Assembly: GCA_963811105.1 (NCBI GenBank) | Contig: CAWEPZ010000009.1 | Coordinates: forward strand, 361,911 to 425,910 | Reading direction: 5' to 3' | Length of the DNA: 64,000 bases | From: Candidatus Bathyarchaeota archaeon | GTDB lineage: Archaea > Thermoproteota > Bathyarchaeia > Bathyarchaeales > Bathycorpusculaceae | Part shown: positions 50,712 through 59,933 of the stretch, in pieces | Layout of the letters: the number at the start of each line of letters is the position of its first letter | Position numbering within the stretch: the stretch's first letter is position 1 | Made by a program: the position numbers and the translations under genes | The notes under the pieces: generated by a model | Databases searched by the model: none | What the model was told of the DNA's origin: nothing | The model's input: only the letters and a program-made list of their open reading frames with translations

Positions 50712-51052
50712 TGGTGATTTCCACCTATTTTAGCTCTTTTTTCGCTCTTTACGCTATACGTGTTTCTTAATTCCTTAACTATTTCATGAGTCTCCTTTTT
50801 GGATTGATGCTTAATAGCTCCGACTGGACATATTCCGTCGCATCCCGTGCATAATACTACACAAGAATTTGGGTTCCTAACAACTGACGTCTTTTTGCCG
50901 TCATGTTCTTCCAGTTCGTACACACCGAGCTTGCAGTAGTCCTCGCATTTTCCACAGCTGATGCACTTTTGGTAGTCTATCGTAGGGTACCAAGGTATTT
51001 TATTTCGGGGGATTCCGTGCCAAGTTTCTTCCGGCATTCTCATCTCTTCCAT
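50708..51052 (-). CDS. 4Fe-4S ferredoxin-family protein
   Basis: CISCGKCEDYC and CVVLCTGCDGICP; IPWYPTID N-terminus. Confidence 0.88.
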   Translation of the reverse strand: MEEMRMPEETWHGIPRNKIPWYPTIDYQKCISCGKCEDYCKLGVYELEEHDGKKTSVVRNPNSCVVLCTGCDGICPVGAIKHQSKKETHEIVKELRNTYSVKSEKRAKIGGNHH

Positions 51053-51110
51053 TTGTTCATTCCATTACTTTATAGCAACTTTTAAATATTGTTATTGATT
51101 ATAAACAAAC

Positions 51111-51440
51111 ATGCCTAATAATCCGGAAAACAGAAATCGATTTAAATCGACAATTTTCCACGCCCTTGCCGATCCAATAAGGCTTGAAATAATAGTCTAT
51201 TTGAAAGATGGAGAAAAATGCGTATGTGAGATAGTTCCACATCTTAACCTTATTCAACCACTTGTTTCACGTCACCTGAAAATTCTAAAGGATGTAGGAA
51301 TAGTCAGATGCCGAAAAGACGGAACAAAAAGAATGTATTCCATTGTAAACGGCGATATCTACCATGTGGTTAATGCATTGACCTCTGATCTTGTTAACGC
51401 CCTAACAAAAGAGGTATTTGAAAACGTAACATGTCCTTGA
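51111..51440 (+). CDS. arsR: ArsR/SmtB metalloregulator
   Basis: FHALADPIRLEI, EKCVCEI (CxC), SRHLKIL; divergent from ferredoxin-arsC. Confidence 0.9.
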   Translation: MPNNPENRNRFKSTIFHALADPIRLEIIVYLKDGEKCVCEIVPHLNLIQPLVSRHLKILKDVGIVRCRKDGTKRMYSIVNGDIYHVVNALTSDLVNALTKEVFENVTCP

Positions 51441-51481
51441 GGGATAAACCGTAAAAGTACCATATAAAAAGATTGAATGAT

Positions 51482-51643
51482 TTGATAGAAAAAGAAGTTA
51501 AGAAAGTCGTTCGGAAAGCATATTCCAAAATAGCCAGCAACTTGCCTGTGCTTATTCTTCTGAAATCGCACGTCTATTGCCTATATTGCACTACCAAGAA
51601 CACAGACAATTTAGTTCAGCATAGGTATTTTAGCTGGCGCTAA
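51482..51643 (+). pseudogene. Possible truncated arsenite methyltransferase (ArsM) 5' remnant
   Basis: First ~19 codons, MIEKEVKKVVRKAYSKIAS, resemble ArsM N-termini; similarity then stops. Directly downstream of arsR. Confidence 0.45.
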
Positions 51644-51763
51644 TTTCTACGGGCTTTTGAAAAGGCGTAGATTAAACCAGAATTTTATTTTATACAATAG
51701 CTTGTTGAAAACGGCGCTATCAGCTAAAGCTGAACATAGAGAATTTAATTATTTGTGTTAATT

Positions 51764-51936
51764 TGGTGGGGCCGGCCGGATTTGAACCGACGACCTTTAC
51801 CCAAGAACCGCGCGAGGCAGTTCTTTACGGGTTTCTCTAGACACGCTCCAGAACTTCGTCATTCCTCTGGGCGAGGTCAGCAAACCCGTTGCTTGCTTCT
51901 GGAGCCCGTCGTCATACCTGTCTAGACTACGACCCC
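51764..51936 (-). tRNA. tRNA-Trp(CCA) with two introns (37/38, 66 nt; 43/44, 30 nt), CCA encoded
   Basis: Acceptor GGGGTCG/CGGCCCC, anticodon stem ACGGG/CCCGT with CTCCAG^A loop, T-arm GTCGG-TTCAAAT-CCGGC. Exons 51936-51899, 51832-51827 and 51796-51764 give 77 nt. Confidence 0.92.
51833..51898 (-). ncRNA. Intron-encoded C/D-box guide RNA
   Basis: Guide ACGGGTTT followed by CTGA box, ATGACGA box and second guide TTCTGGAGC, both guides complementary to the pre-tRNA anticodon arm. Confidence 0.75.
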
Positions 51937-52003
51937 ACGGGGCTGAAGCAAATAAGTGAATTTGCAAACATAAAAATATATTCGTTTTTCAAGGTAACTT
52001 GCT

Positions 52004-53137
52004 TTAAGAGTTTGCGTCGTCTGGAACAAACCGCCTTAGCTTCTGCAGAGAGCGTAGTTTTTCTTTTTCCCCAATTTTGGCTTGCTGGACCGATTGCCTA
52101 AGGATTTGGATGGATTGATCCATTGCTTTGCGGTCAACGGGATAGGGTACGCCGTCTTTACCGCCAAATGCAAAACTGAATTTTACAGGGTCTTCCCAAC
52201 TGGGTTTTTCACCATAAACGAGTTCCGCCACAAGAGCTAAACCCCTTACTGTAGCTGGTCCGACGCCTTTGACACTTAAGAGTTCCTCGTAGTTGTTGGG
52301 CTGGAATTCGTAGACTCGACTAAGCGTATCCCAGTTTATATTACGCGGCATGTTGAGGATATTTTGGGTTTGCCTTAATAGATCATTAGTTTTTGGGAGC
52401 CAATCTTGCAGGGATTTCTGGTTGAGTGGTTTTGCCGTGGATTGGATTAGGCTCATTAGTTTGCGTGTGGGTTCTTTTGCAAGGTCTACTGATGCTTTTC
52501 TTGTGCCTTCGCTGGTTTTTGCAACCATGTTTAGGGCTGTTTCACGTTTCATGTTTCCGACGATGGCGTTGTGGGGTTCAACAACAAAGTCCGTCACGTT
52601 TTCGGAGAGCCAGTGATAGCGTCTTGCTGTGCGATCTTCGCTGCTCATACCTTGCTGGATTACTGCCCATTTTTCATCCTTGGTTACTAGGAAGGCGTGA
52701 TGGTAAAGTTGGTATCCTGCTTGAATCGCTGTGTTGTCAACTTTGGCCGCCATTTTGCTTTTGTAGGTTAGTGTCTTAATGGTTTCTTCTGAAAATCCGA
52801 ATTTCTCTCCTGCCATAGCTATGTCGCTTGGGGTTTTCTTTGATGTTTTGCCTTTCCCCCCGCATACAGCGATGCCGTGATCTTCTGGTGAGATTGCGCC
52901 TTTGAGGATGCCTGTGACGACTGTTGTTACTCCGCTGCTGTGCCAGTCGTAGGCTAAGACGCATCCGAATGCTTGAAACCAGTACGGGTCAGATAAGCGT
53001 TGAATAAATGTGGTTGTGCCCTGCTCTTCAATCATGATGTTTGCTATTTCTTTTGCTAACTTACGCATACGTACAGTAAGCCATAGGGGTGCTTTGCCGC
53101 CGTGAAGGGGCAGGTTTGCAAAACCGGTTCTATACAT
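52004..53137 (-). CDS. DUF763 family protein
   Basis: LPLHGGKAPLWL, DWHSSGVTT, AKVDN, HhH-like KGVGPAT, FSFAFGGKDGVPYPV. Confidence 0.92.
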   Translation of the reverse strand: MYRTGFANLPLHGGKAPLWLTVRMRKLAKEIANIMIEEQGTTTFIQRLSDPYWFQAFGCVLAYDWHSSGVTTVVTGILKGAISPEDHGIAVCGGKGKTSKKTPSDIAMAGEKFGFSEETIKTLTYKSKMAAKVDNTAIQAGYQLYHHAFLVTKDEKWAVIQQGMSSEDRTARRYHWLSENVTDFVVEPHNAIVGNMKRETALNMVAKTSEGTRKASVDLAKEPTRKLMSLIQSTAKPLNQKSLQDWLPKTNDLLRQTQNILNMPRNINWDTLSRVYEFQPNNYEELLSVKGVGPATVRGLALVAELVYGEKPSWEDPVKFSFAFGGKDGVPYPVDRKAMDQSIQILRQSVQQAKIGEKEKLRSLQKLRRFVPDDANS

Positions 53138-53689
53138 TATTAACTCACTGACGATGTTTTCAGATATGTGATTTATTTCTTGCTTGAAGGTATTTAGCTA
53201 TTAGTGCTGTAAACGGCGCAATTTCTTTCTTTGTGTTTTGGGGTGCTTTTTTTTAAAATTAAGCTTAAATTATTTGCTGGTTGCGTATGAATTCGTTGAT
53301 TCGGCTAGATTTGTGCAGTTTCGTAAAGTTTCAGTTAAAAAGGTACGGAAAAGGTTGAAAAAGGAGGTTAGTTTTGCCGTTAACTCAAAGCGTTTCATTC
53401 AAAGTGCAGTTGCATAATCAGAATCCCTTTCATGGTACCAAAAGTGGTTCGATTACATTACAAGCTTGAGGCTACTCAACTGTTGAAAGTTACTTTAGAA
53501 ATATTTGATTTAGTTTTTAACGAAAGTTTTGGCAAAAGTGTTTCTGGATGGTCTCACAACTGTTCCCAGGTGGGTTGGTGACCCGCTGAAACAAAAAATG
53601 CCGACCTTAAGGCTTACTTCTTTTAGGTAACGCCTGAACCATATGATTATTTGCGACACGCCAAAAAAAGATTGCCTTCTTTGTCTTCT

Positions 53690-54661
53690 TCACGAAAGCA
53701 GCAAAGTTCCGGCTACCCTAAGTTTCGCGCCTTCTAAATACATTAGTACTGCTTTATCGTTTGGGCGGTAGACAAGTGGTTTATCCAACGCTAAAGTTAA
53801 AGTGGGTTTTTTAGGGTCATCGGTTTCAGAAACAGCGTCTACTTTCGCAGTTATGAATTGTGTCCAATGACCAATATGCATAACCATGCCGGGTTTTATC
53901 GGCGTCTGCCAATATTTAATCAATGAAGCTTGAGTTTCCAGTTTAGATGATGTCTTAATTGATGGATCATTTGTTAAAACTGCTCCACGATCTAAATCTT
54001 CAACCTCTATATTCTTTAATGCAAGCCCCACCCGGTCGCCTACACCAGCAACGTCAAATTCGTCATCGTGTTTTTGGATTGAGCGAACCTGCGCTGTTTT
54101 TCCAGCAGGAAGAACGTTTAGCGTTGCATGTTTCTGCACGAAGCCGTTGGAAACTACGCCTAGTATGACGACACCTACACCTTTCACGTTAAAGGCATGA
54201 TCAACAGGCACCGTACCAATCGACTGCCCTCCAACTGGGGCTTCAGAGGGTTTTTGTTTTGTTGCTTCTGTTAAAAGCTGGTCTCTTAGAAAAACTGGGT
54301 CATCAGTTAAGAAGTCAAATTTTTCGAGGCTTGTTCCTTTTATAAGGGGTTCAATCTTTTCTCGGGAAATGTAGTTCCTTAAAATAAAGTAGCCTCTGGT
54401 AATGTTTGAGCATTGGAGCATTACCAGGCATTCGCCGAAAGTGGCGTTTATCTCATCTACTACAACTATTGCTCTTTTTGCCAATGAGACAGCGAAAAAT
54501 AATGGTGCTAGTCTTTCAGGGTAGCGTTCTGGTTCAATGAGGGTTACGGTGTCTTCTCCTTTTTTGATATTGTAGAAGGTTATGTCTGTGGATGTTCCTT
54601 TTTTGCCCAGGCTGTTTCCATAGCCTAACGATCCAAGCAGAGCGACTGTTATGTTTCCCAT
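53690..54661 (-). CDS. SelB/EF-Tu-like protein with degenerate G domain
   Basis: EF-Tu domain II signatures VDHAFNVKGVGVVILG, VRSIQKHD, GDRVGLAL, RG; N-terminal GKKGTSTDIT lacks a canonical GHVDHGKT. Confidence 0.85.
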   Translation of the reverse strand: MGNITVALLGSLGYGNSLGKKGTSTDITFYNIKKGEDTVTLIEPERYPERLAPLFFAVSLAKRAIVVVDEINATFGECLVMLQCSNITRGYFILRNYISREKIEPLIKGTSLEKFDFLTDDPVFLRDQLLTEATKQKPSEAPVGGQSIGTVPVDHAFNVKGVGVVILGVVSNGFVQKHATLNVLPAGKTAQVRSIQKHDDEFDVAGVGDRVGLALKNIEVEDLDRGAVLTNDPSIKTSSKLETQASLIKYWQTPIKPGMVMHIGHWTQFITAKVDAVSETDDPKKPTLTLALDKPLVYRPNDKAVLMYLEGAKLRVAGTLLLS

Positions 54662-54914
54662 AGTATCATGAACCTGTAAATCAATCGCATTTGTGGCTCG
54701 CCCTAAAGATAAGCATTATCATTGAGGGCTGTGACAGAAACATTAATTCGCTTTAAAGCATGTACGAAAGGTTCTTAAGGTATTGGGCATTCTTCCTAAC
54801 GGCAAGAAAATGGCAGAATCAATTGCCAATTCAAGGTAACGACCAGCTTCATCAACTGAAGCAGGTCTAGACCAGGTGAAAAGTTAAAATAGTCGAACGA
54901 AGAGGTGAAAAGGT

Positions 54915-55235
54915 ATGGAAAATATTTACGCAGCGATGCTCCTTCACAAAGCAGGAAAAGAAATAAACGAAGATTCAGTTACAAAAGTTCTCGCAGCAGC
55001 AGGACTCACAGTTGATCCTATACAAGTAAAAGCACTAGTAGCCTCACTCAGCGAAGTAAACATTGATGAAGCAATCAAAGCCGCACCTACAATGATGGCA
55101 GCCACCCCAGTAGCAGCTCCAGCAGGCGGCGCAGCAGCACCAGCAGCACCAGTTGAAGATAAGAAGAAGAAAGCTGAAGAAGAAAAAGCCAAAGAAGACG
55201 CAGCATTAGAAGGATTAGGCGCCCTATTCGGGTAA
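54915..55235 (+). CDS. rpl12: 50S ribosomal protein L12 (archaeal P1/P2 stalk)
   Basis: [11 protein letters not shown]...KALVASL, Ala-rich hinge, C-terminal GLGALFG; GAGGTGA SD. Confidence 0.97.
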   Translation: MENIYAAMLLHKAGKEINEDSVTKVLAAAGLTVDPIQVKALVASLSEVNIDEAIKAAPTMMAATPVAAPAGGAAAPAAPVEDKKKKAEEEKAKEDAALEGLGALFG

Positions 55236-55247
55236 ACATGACGTTAA

Positions 55248-55280
55248 TGGGCGATTTATTGCCCAAAAACTAATTTTTCA
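55248..55280 (+). terminator. Hairpin/T-rich putative terminator after rpl12
   Basis: tgggcga-ttta-ttgccca stem-loop followed by a T-rich tract. Confidence 0.4.
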
Positions 55281-55949
55281 CTTATATTTCTGTTAGAATT
55301 AGCGCTCAAAGACATTTTTTTTACGCTCAAATTTCTCTTGCTTTTCCCGAGCACATTAACTATACTATTTGTTCGCCCTTCCGATACAGGTGAAACGAAT
55401 AGGACAAGTGGACCACATGGCGAAAGATTTGGCAGGGGAAGTTGTAAGGTCTCGGATTCACGACGATTGAATCACATTTAGATCTATATTCATAGATCAT
55501 TGACCCGAGAAATAATGGTTTATGAAAAAACTTAGTGCTCACCATTTTTCCGTTATAATTTGGAAACAAGTTGTTCAATCGATGTGACCTTACCAGGCTA
55601 GGGCAATCCCGCAAGGGTGTCCCTATCTACATTTTTCCTTTACAAGCAGCATTTTTTATTTTTGATGTGTGGTCAACTTTTGCTGCGGTCAGTAGAAGAG
55701 TGATGATTAGCTATTTTTGTCTTTTGTTATGACTTTATCTCGGTGGGACCACTGGGAAATGCTACTCTAATAGAAAGAGATATTGTAAAGAAATGGAAAT
55801 AGCGGTATAACTACGAATTAGGTGGTGGAGGGTCCGCTGGAATGCGCTTAAACTATTAAGCGAATCCCTCTTCAATAAGCAAAAAGCAACCCGTAAGGAA
55901 TTATTTTCTGTCCTCAGCAAAGTGAGCCGTACCGGACTTAACCCCAAAT

Positions 55950-57574
55950 CAGACTGTGTTAAAACTCATAGCTAACTCCTAAGGGCATTTAGCATCCGAA
56001 TTATTATTTGCAAGACTCTTTTACTTGTGTTCTGTTTCTTTACTTCTTCATCAAATTTATTATTGTTCCAACTCCAAAAATGTTGATGACTCGTCTCATG
56101 TTGTAAGCAAGCATCGTAAACCCAACCTCTCCCTTAACCTTCCTAAATCCCTTCAACAGTAAATAACCCTGATTGAAAGCTCGCTTGATGGTTCCAAACG
56201 GATGCTCAACAATCGTCCTTCTTAAACGACACTTCTCTTTACCTTCAGAAGTCTCCAATCGCGCCCTGAGACGATCAACAGCCCCATCAAACTCTCCTCT
56301 AAACATATACCTTCCACGCCTATTCCTAGTGCATTTACTCCTCACAGAACAGCAAGAACAGAACGCTGTCCGATACAGCCTGCCTTTAAGACCGCCGTCT
56401 CGCCCACCAAGCTTCCAAAAAGGCAACTCCACGCCCGCCGGACAAACATACACATCCTTAGCCGCATTGTAGACAAATCGGTCGGAGTAGAACTCGGGTT
56501 CAGGAACCCCAACACTCTTGTACGGACTAAAAACCGCAGGAATAGGCATGAAAACCCTAATTCCGTTATCTTCACAGTCAGAAACATCGTTCTCAACGTA
56601 AAATCCCTTATCACTCAAAACATCAAGCTCATCAACACCCAAAGTCTCCTTCGCCGACAAAGCATCCTTAACCAGCTGATGATGACCAGTCGAGATATTG
56701 ATTACATCATAATCGACAATGAGATGCTGTTTTGCATCAACTGGAGTTTGAATATTGTAGCCCACTTCAAGCCGTTGACTATCAACGCGCATTAAACGGC
56801 TATCTGGATCCACGAGAGAAACCTCCCTTTGGCCTGTAGAATTCATCTGCTTTGAATTTGCTCGTACTGCTGCTTTTTCTCTTCAAGTTGGCGTATTTTT
56901 TCCTTGAGATCATCGTTCTCAGCGGTTTTGCTTTCCTCTGAATCATTTGCATCGTTAGAATCAAAGTCTTTGAGGTATTCTGCTATTTTTTCCTCTGTCA
57001 GCTTGAGTCTTAGAGCGACTGTTTTCTCATTGAGATTATTGCTTTTGGAATTGACGGCTTTGAATTTGGTGCAATCAATCGCTACTAGCTGGGCTCCGTA
57101 AAGATCCAGGCTTCTGCAGAGGTAAACGAATTCTTTGAATACTCCTTTAATGCAGTCCACATTGTTTTTTCTGAAGTCGGCAATGGTTTTGAAGTCAGGA
57201 GCAAGCTTTTTCATCAGCCACATGGCTTCAACGTTTCGGTGGCACTCTTTCTCCAGTTTCCTGCTTGATCTAACCTGGTTGAGGTATCCATAAACGTAGA
57301 GTTTGAGAAGGTCTGAAGGATTGTAAGATGGTCTTCCAGTGTCGGCCAGGATTGAGTGTTTGAACCCCAATTTTTCCAGGTTGAGGCTGTCAATGAATGC
57401 GTCGATGAATCTGACCGGGTTTTCTTTGTCAACATATTTGTCGATGGTGTCTGGAAATAGCACTGTTTGGTCTCTGTGGGTTCCGTTTACATGTTCACTC
57501 ATGGCTCTTCAGTTGCTCTAAAGCTAGCTTTAAGCTTAACGGTAAGTGAACTACAGGACTTTTCACACAATCTG
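55950..57574 (-). mobile_element. IS1182-family insertion sequence (1625 bp)
   Basis: Terminal IRs cagactgtgttaaaactc / cagattgtgtgaaaagtc (15/18 match); 4-bp AAAT duplication at 55946-55949 and 57575-57578. Confidence 0.92.
56040..57502 (-). pseudogene. IS1182-family transposase, frameshifted at about 56850
   Basis: GRPSYNP..LLKLYVYGY..SSRKLE, PDFKTIADFR, VSLVDPDSR, GYNIQ, DKGF, VEHPFGTIK split over two frames. Confidence 0.9.
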
Positions 57575-57635
57575 AAATGGGTATGAGTCTCTTGCTGAAA
57601 AGACGAGTTCTAAGCAGAAAATGAGTCAAAATGAA

Positions 57636-57659
57636 GCTGGGGATGGGAATTGAACCCTC
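57636..57659 (-). repeat. tRNA 3'-end-like remnant
   Basis: Minus strand GAGGGTTCAATTCCCATCCCCAGC (T-arm plus 3' acceptor strand); no 5' half seen. Confidence 0.45.
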
Positions 57660-57833
57660 TGAGATTGGAGATATCACCCGAAGTCTGATATTCTGTGTTA
57701 GTTTTCTAATCCTCAAAGAGTAATTGCAGAGGTTGCCTAAAAACATAGACAGAGCAAAGTCCTATTGTTTTTTGCATTTGAAAAACAAAGAAAAAAAGGT
57801 GTTCGCATACCTTCTTTTGACTAAGATACAGGT

Positions 57834-58577
57834 CTATTCCATCGTTCTTTTGAGTATCTTTGTTGCGGCTATCAAGAAAATAATTGCAAAGGCTATTTGA
57901 ATTAAAATGTCAAGAAGAAAGGTTTGGAGATTCAAGTTCACACTCCAAGCCTGACGTAGCGCACTTACAGAATAAGTCAGTGGCAGGGCGTATGCAATAG
58001 TTTGTAGAACTGTTGGCAACATTGCAAATGGTGTGAATACGCCTGCCAAGAACACCATCGCTATACGAACAACTGTAGCTGGCGGCATAGCTTGTGGAAT
58101 ATCTCTGAACGGCGCTGACAGCAGCAAACCAAACGTTGAGAACATAAACGAAGCGACAATAATTCCTGATGCAAACAATCCCAGATTTGATACAGGAGAA
58201 AAAGGAATCATTACTATCGTGTAGATTAAGGACAGAACGATTCCGAAAAAGAAACCTGCTAAGGCTTTTCCCAACATTATTTTAAACAGCGATATGGGTG
58301 CTGTAACCAGCGAATTGAATGTTCCAGTCCTTCTCTCTAAAGGCAATGAGATAGCTTGAATCGCTCCTGCTCCGAAGAAAGAAGCTATAGCAACAATCCC
58401 TGAGACAGCGAATGCAGGGTCAACTGTTCTGCCTATCGCAAACGCCAAATAGAGAACAATTGGTAGAATTAAGCCAAAGGTTAGGTTTGGTCCTTTGAAA
58501 AAGTATATTTTTGCGTCTTTTTCTGCGATGTAGAATATTTTCTCTGCATCTTCGACTATTTTATTCGTCACTGCCAA
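57834..58577 (-). CDS. ABC-2 type transporter permease
   Basis: ERRTGTFNSLVTAPIS..IMLGK, GVFTP, PLTY motifs. Confidence 0.9.
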   Translation of the reverse strand: MAVTNKIVEDAEKIFYIAEKDAKIYFFKGPNLTFGLILPIVLYLAFAIGRTVDPAFAVSGIVAIASFFGAGAIQAISLPLERRTGTFNSLVTAPISLFKIMLGKALAGFFFGIVLSLIYTIVMIPFSPVSNLGLFASGIIVASFMFSTFGLLLSAPFRDIPQAMPPATVVRIAMVFLAGVFTPFAMLPTVLQTIAYALPLTYSVSALRQAWSVNLNLQTFLLDILIQIAFAIIFLIAATKILKRTME

Positions 58578-59557
58578 GACCTCATGACGTGTTTGCCAGT
58601 CTCCTTTTCATTTGCAAAGGTATCTGGGCGTTCACAAGTAAGGCTGACGAAGGCGTCCTCAAGAGTTGGTTTTAGTGTGGTTATTAATGTGATTTTCAAA
58701 TGGTTTTGGTTGGCGAAATCAACTAACAGGGGCAACATCTCGGAAGGGTCTTCAACGTAAACCCTATACTTGTCTGCAACTCTCACTATGTTTCTGACGT
58801 GTTTGAGTTCTGAGAGTTTCTTAGAAAAATCTTCTGTTTTGTTGAATGAGATTTCGATTATGTTTTCGGTTTGAGTAATCTCTTTTAGCTTTTCAGGTGC
58901 TCCTACTGCTACTATTTTTCCTTTATTAATTATTGCAATGCGTTGGCACAGTTGGTCCGCTTCTTCGATGTAGTGAGTTGTTAGAAAGAACGTTGTGCCG
59001 TTCTTGTTCATTTCTTTTATTAAGTTCCGTATCTGCCTTGAACTTTGAACATCAAGACCTGTAGTTGGTTCATCTAAAAAGACAATTTTAGGTTCATAGA
59101 CAAGGGTTGCGGCAATCATTAAACGCTTTTTCATTCCTCTGGAGAAGTTGCCTGCTCGTTCATTTCGTCTGTCATATAAGTCGAATAGTTCAAGCAGCTC
59201 CTTAGTTCGAGTTTCTCTTTTCTCTGATGACACGCCATGGAGTTTTGTGCTGAAAATAACGTTATCCCACGCAGTTAGCTCGTCATAAACCCCTGAAACG
59301 TCTGGAACTACGCCTATGAGTTCTTTCACTTTTGTTGGTTCTTTGGTGATGTCGTATCTTGCTATACATGCTTTGCCAGAGGTTGGTTTGGTTATTCCAG
59401 TGAGCATGTTGATTGTAGTGGTTTTGCCTGCTCCGTTAGGACCTAAAAAACCGAAGAGTTCTTGGCTTTTCACTTCAAAGGTGATTCAGTCAACTGCCAA
59501 TAAACTGCCGTAAAACTTTGTTAAGTCTGTGACTTCTATTATGTTTTCGGAGTGCAT
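58568..59557 (-). pseudogene. ABC transporter ATP-binding protein with in-frame TGA at codon 24
   Basis: [59 protein letters not shown], TTH motifs. Confidence 0.8.
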
Positions 59558-59933
59558 TTACGAGTTCCTTTGCTTTGCGTTATAATCATGAGTTGCTCCT
59601 TAGAAACCTTTCATTTCAATTTCCTCTTGACCCTCTGAAAATTCACTGTTTAGCTTTCAAAATATGGTCTTTAGACTGTGCGTTTTGATGGTCTTGTTTT
59701 TCATATTCACTTGAAAGGTGTCTAATTAACTCTTGAGGAATAGGGGTTAAGCGCGCGCGTTCAAAACGTAGGTTCTAACCTAAGCGCTCTAAGCGTGGTA
59801 TTAGAAATAGCTGTCTAAGCGAAGCCTTTCCCAAAGGGGGATGCAAATTTTGAAGTGAGTGGATAGCTTTCAAGCAACAAAAGTACAGTTCTTAAATTCT
59901 TTGTTGCATAAGATGTTAACAGGAAGCTAAAAG

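Noticed and set aside
53566-53590. Hairpin (caggtgggt/acccgctg) downstream of the SelB-like gene as an ncRNA
   Set aside because: Single imperfect stem with no other support.
55360-55947. ORFs 55360-55614 and 55762-55947 as genes
   Set aside because: Atypical composition, no SD or motifs; probably decayed sequence next to the IS.
59486-59488. UGA as a selenocysteine codon, given the SelB-like gene
   Set aside because: Position is not a Cys or redox site, no SECIS is evident, and the SelB-like protein lacks GTPase motifs.
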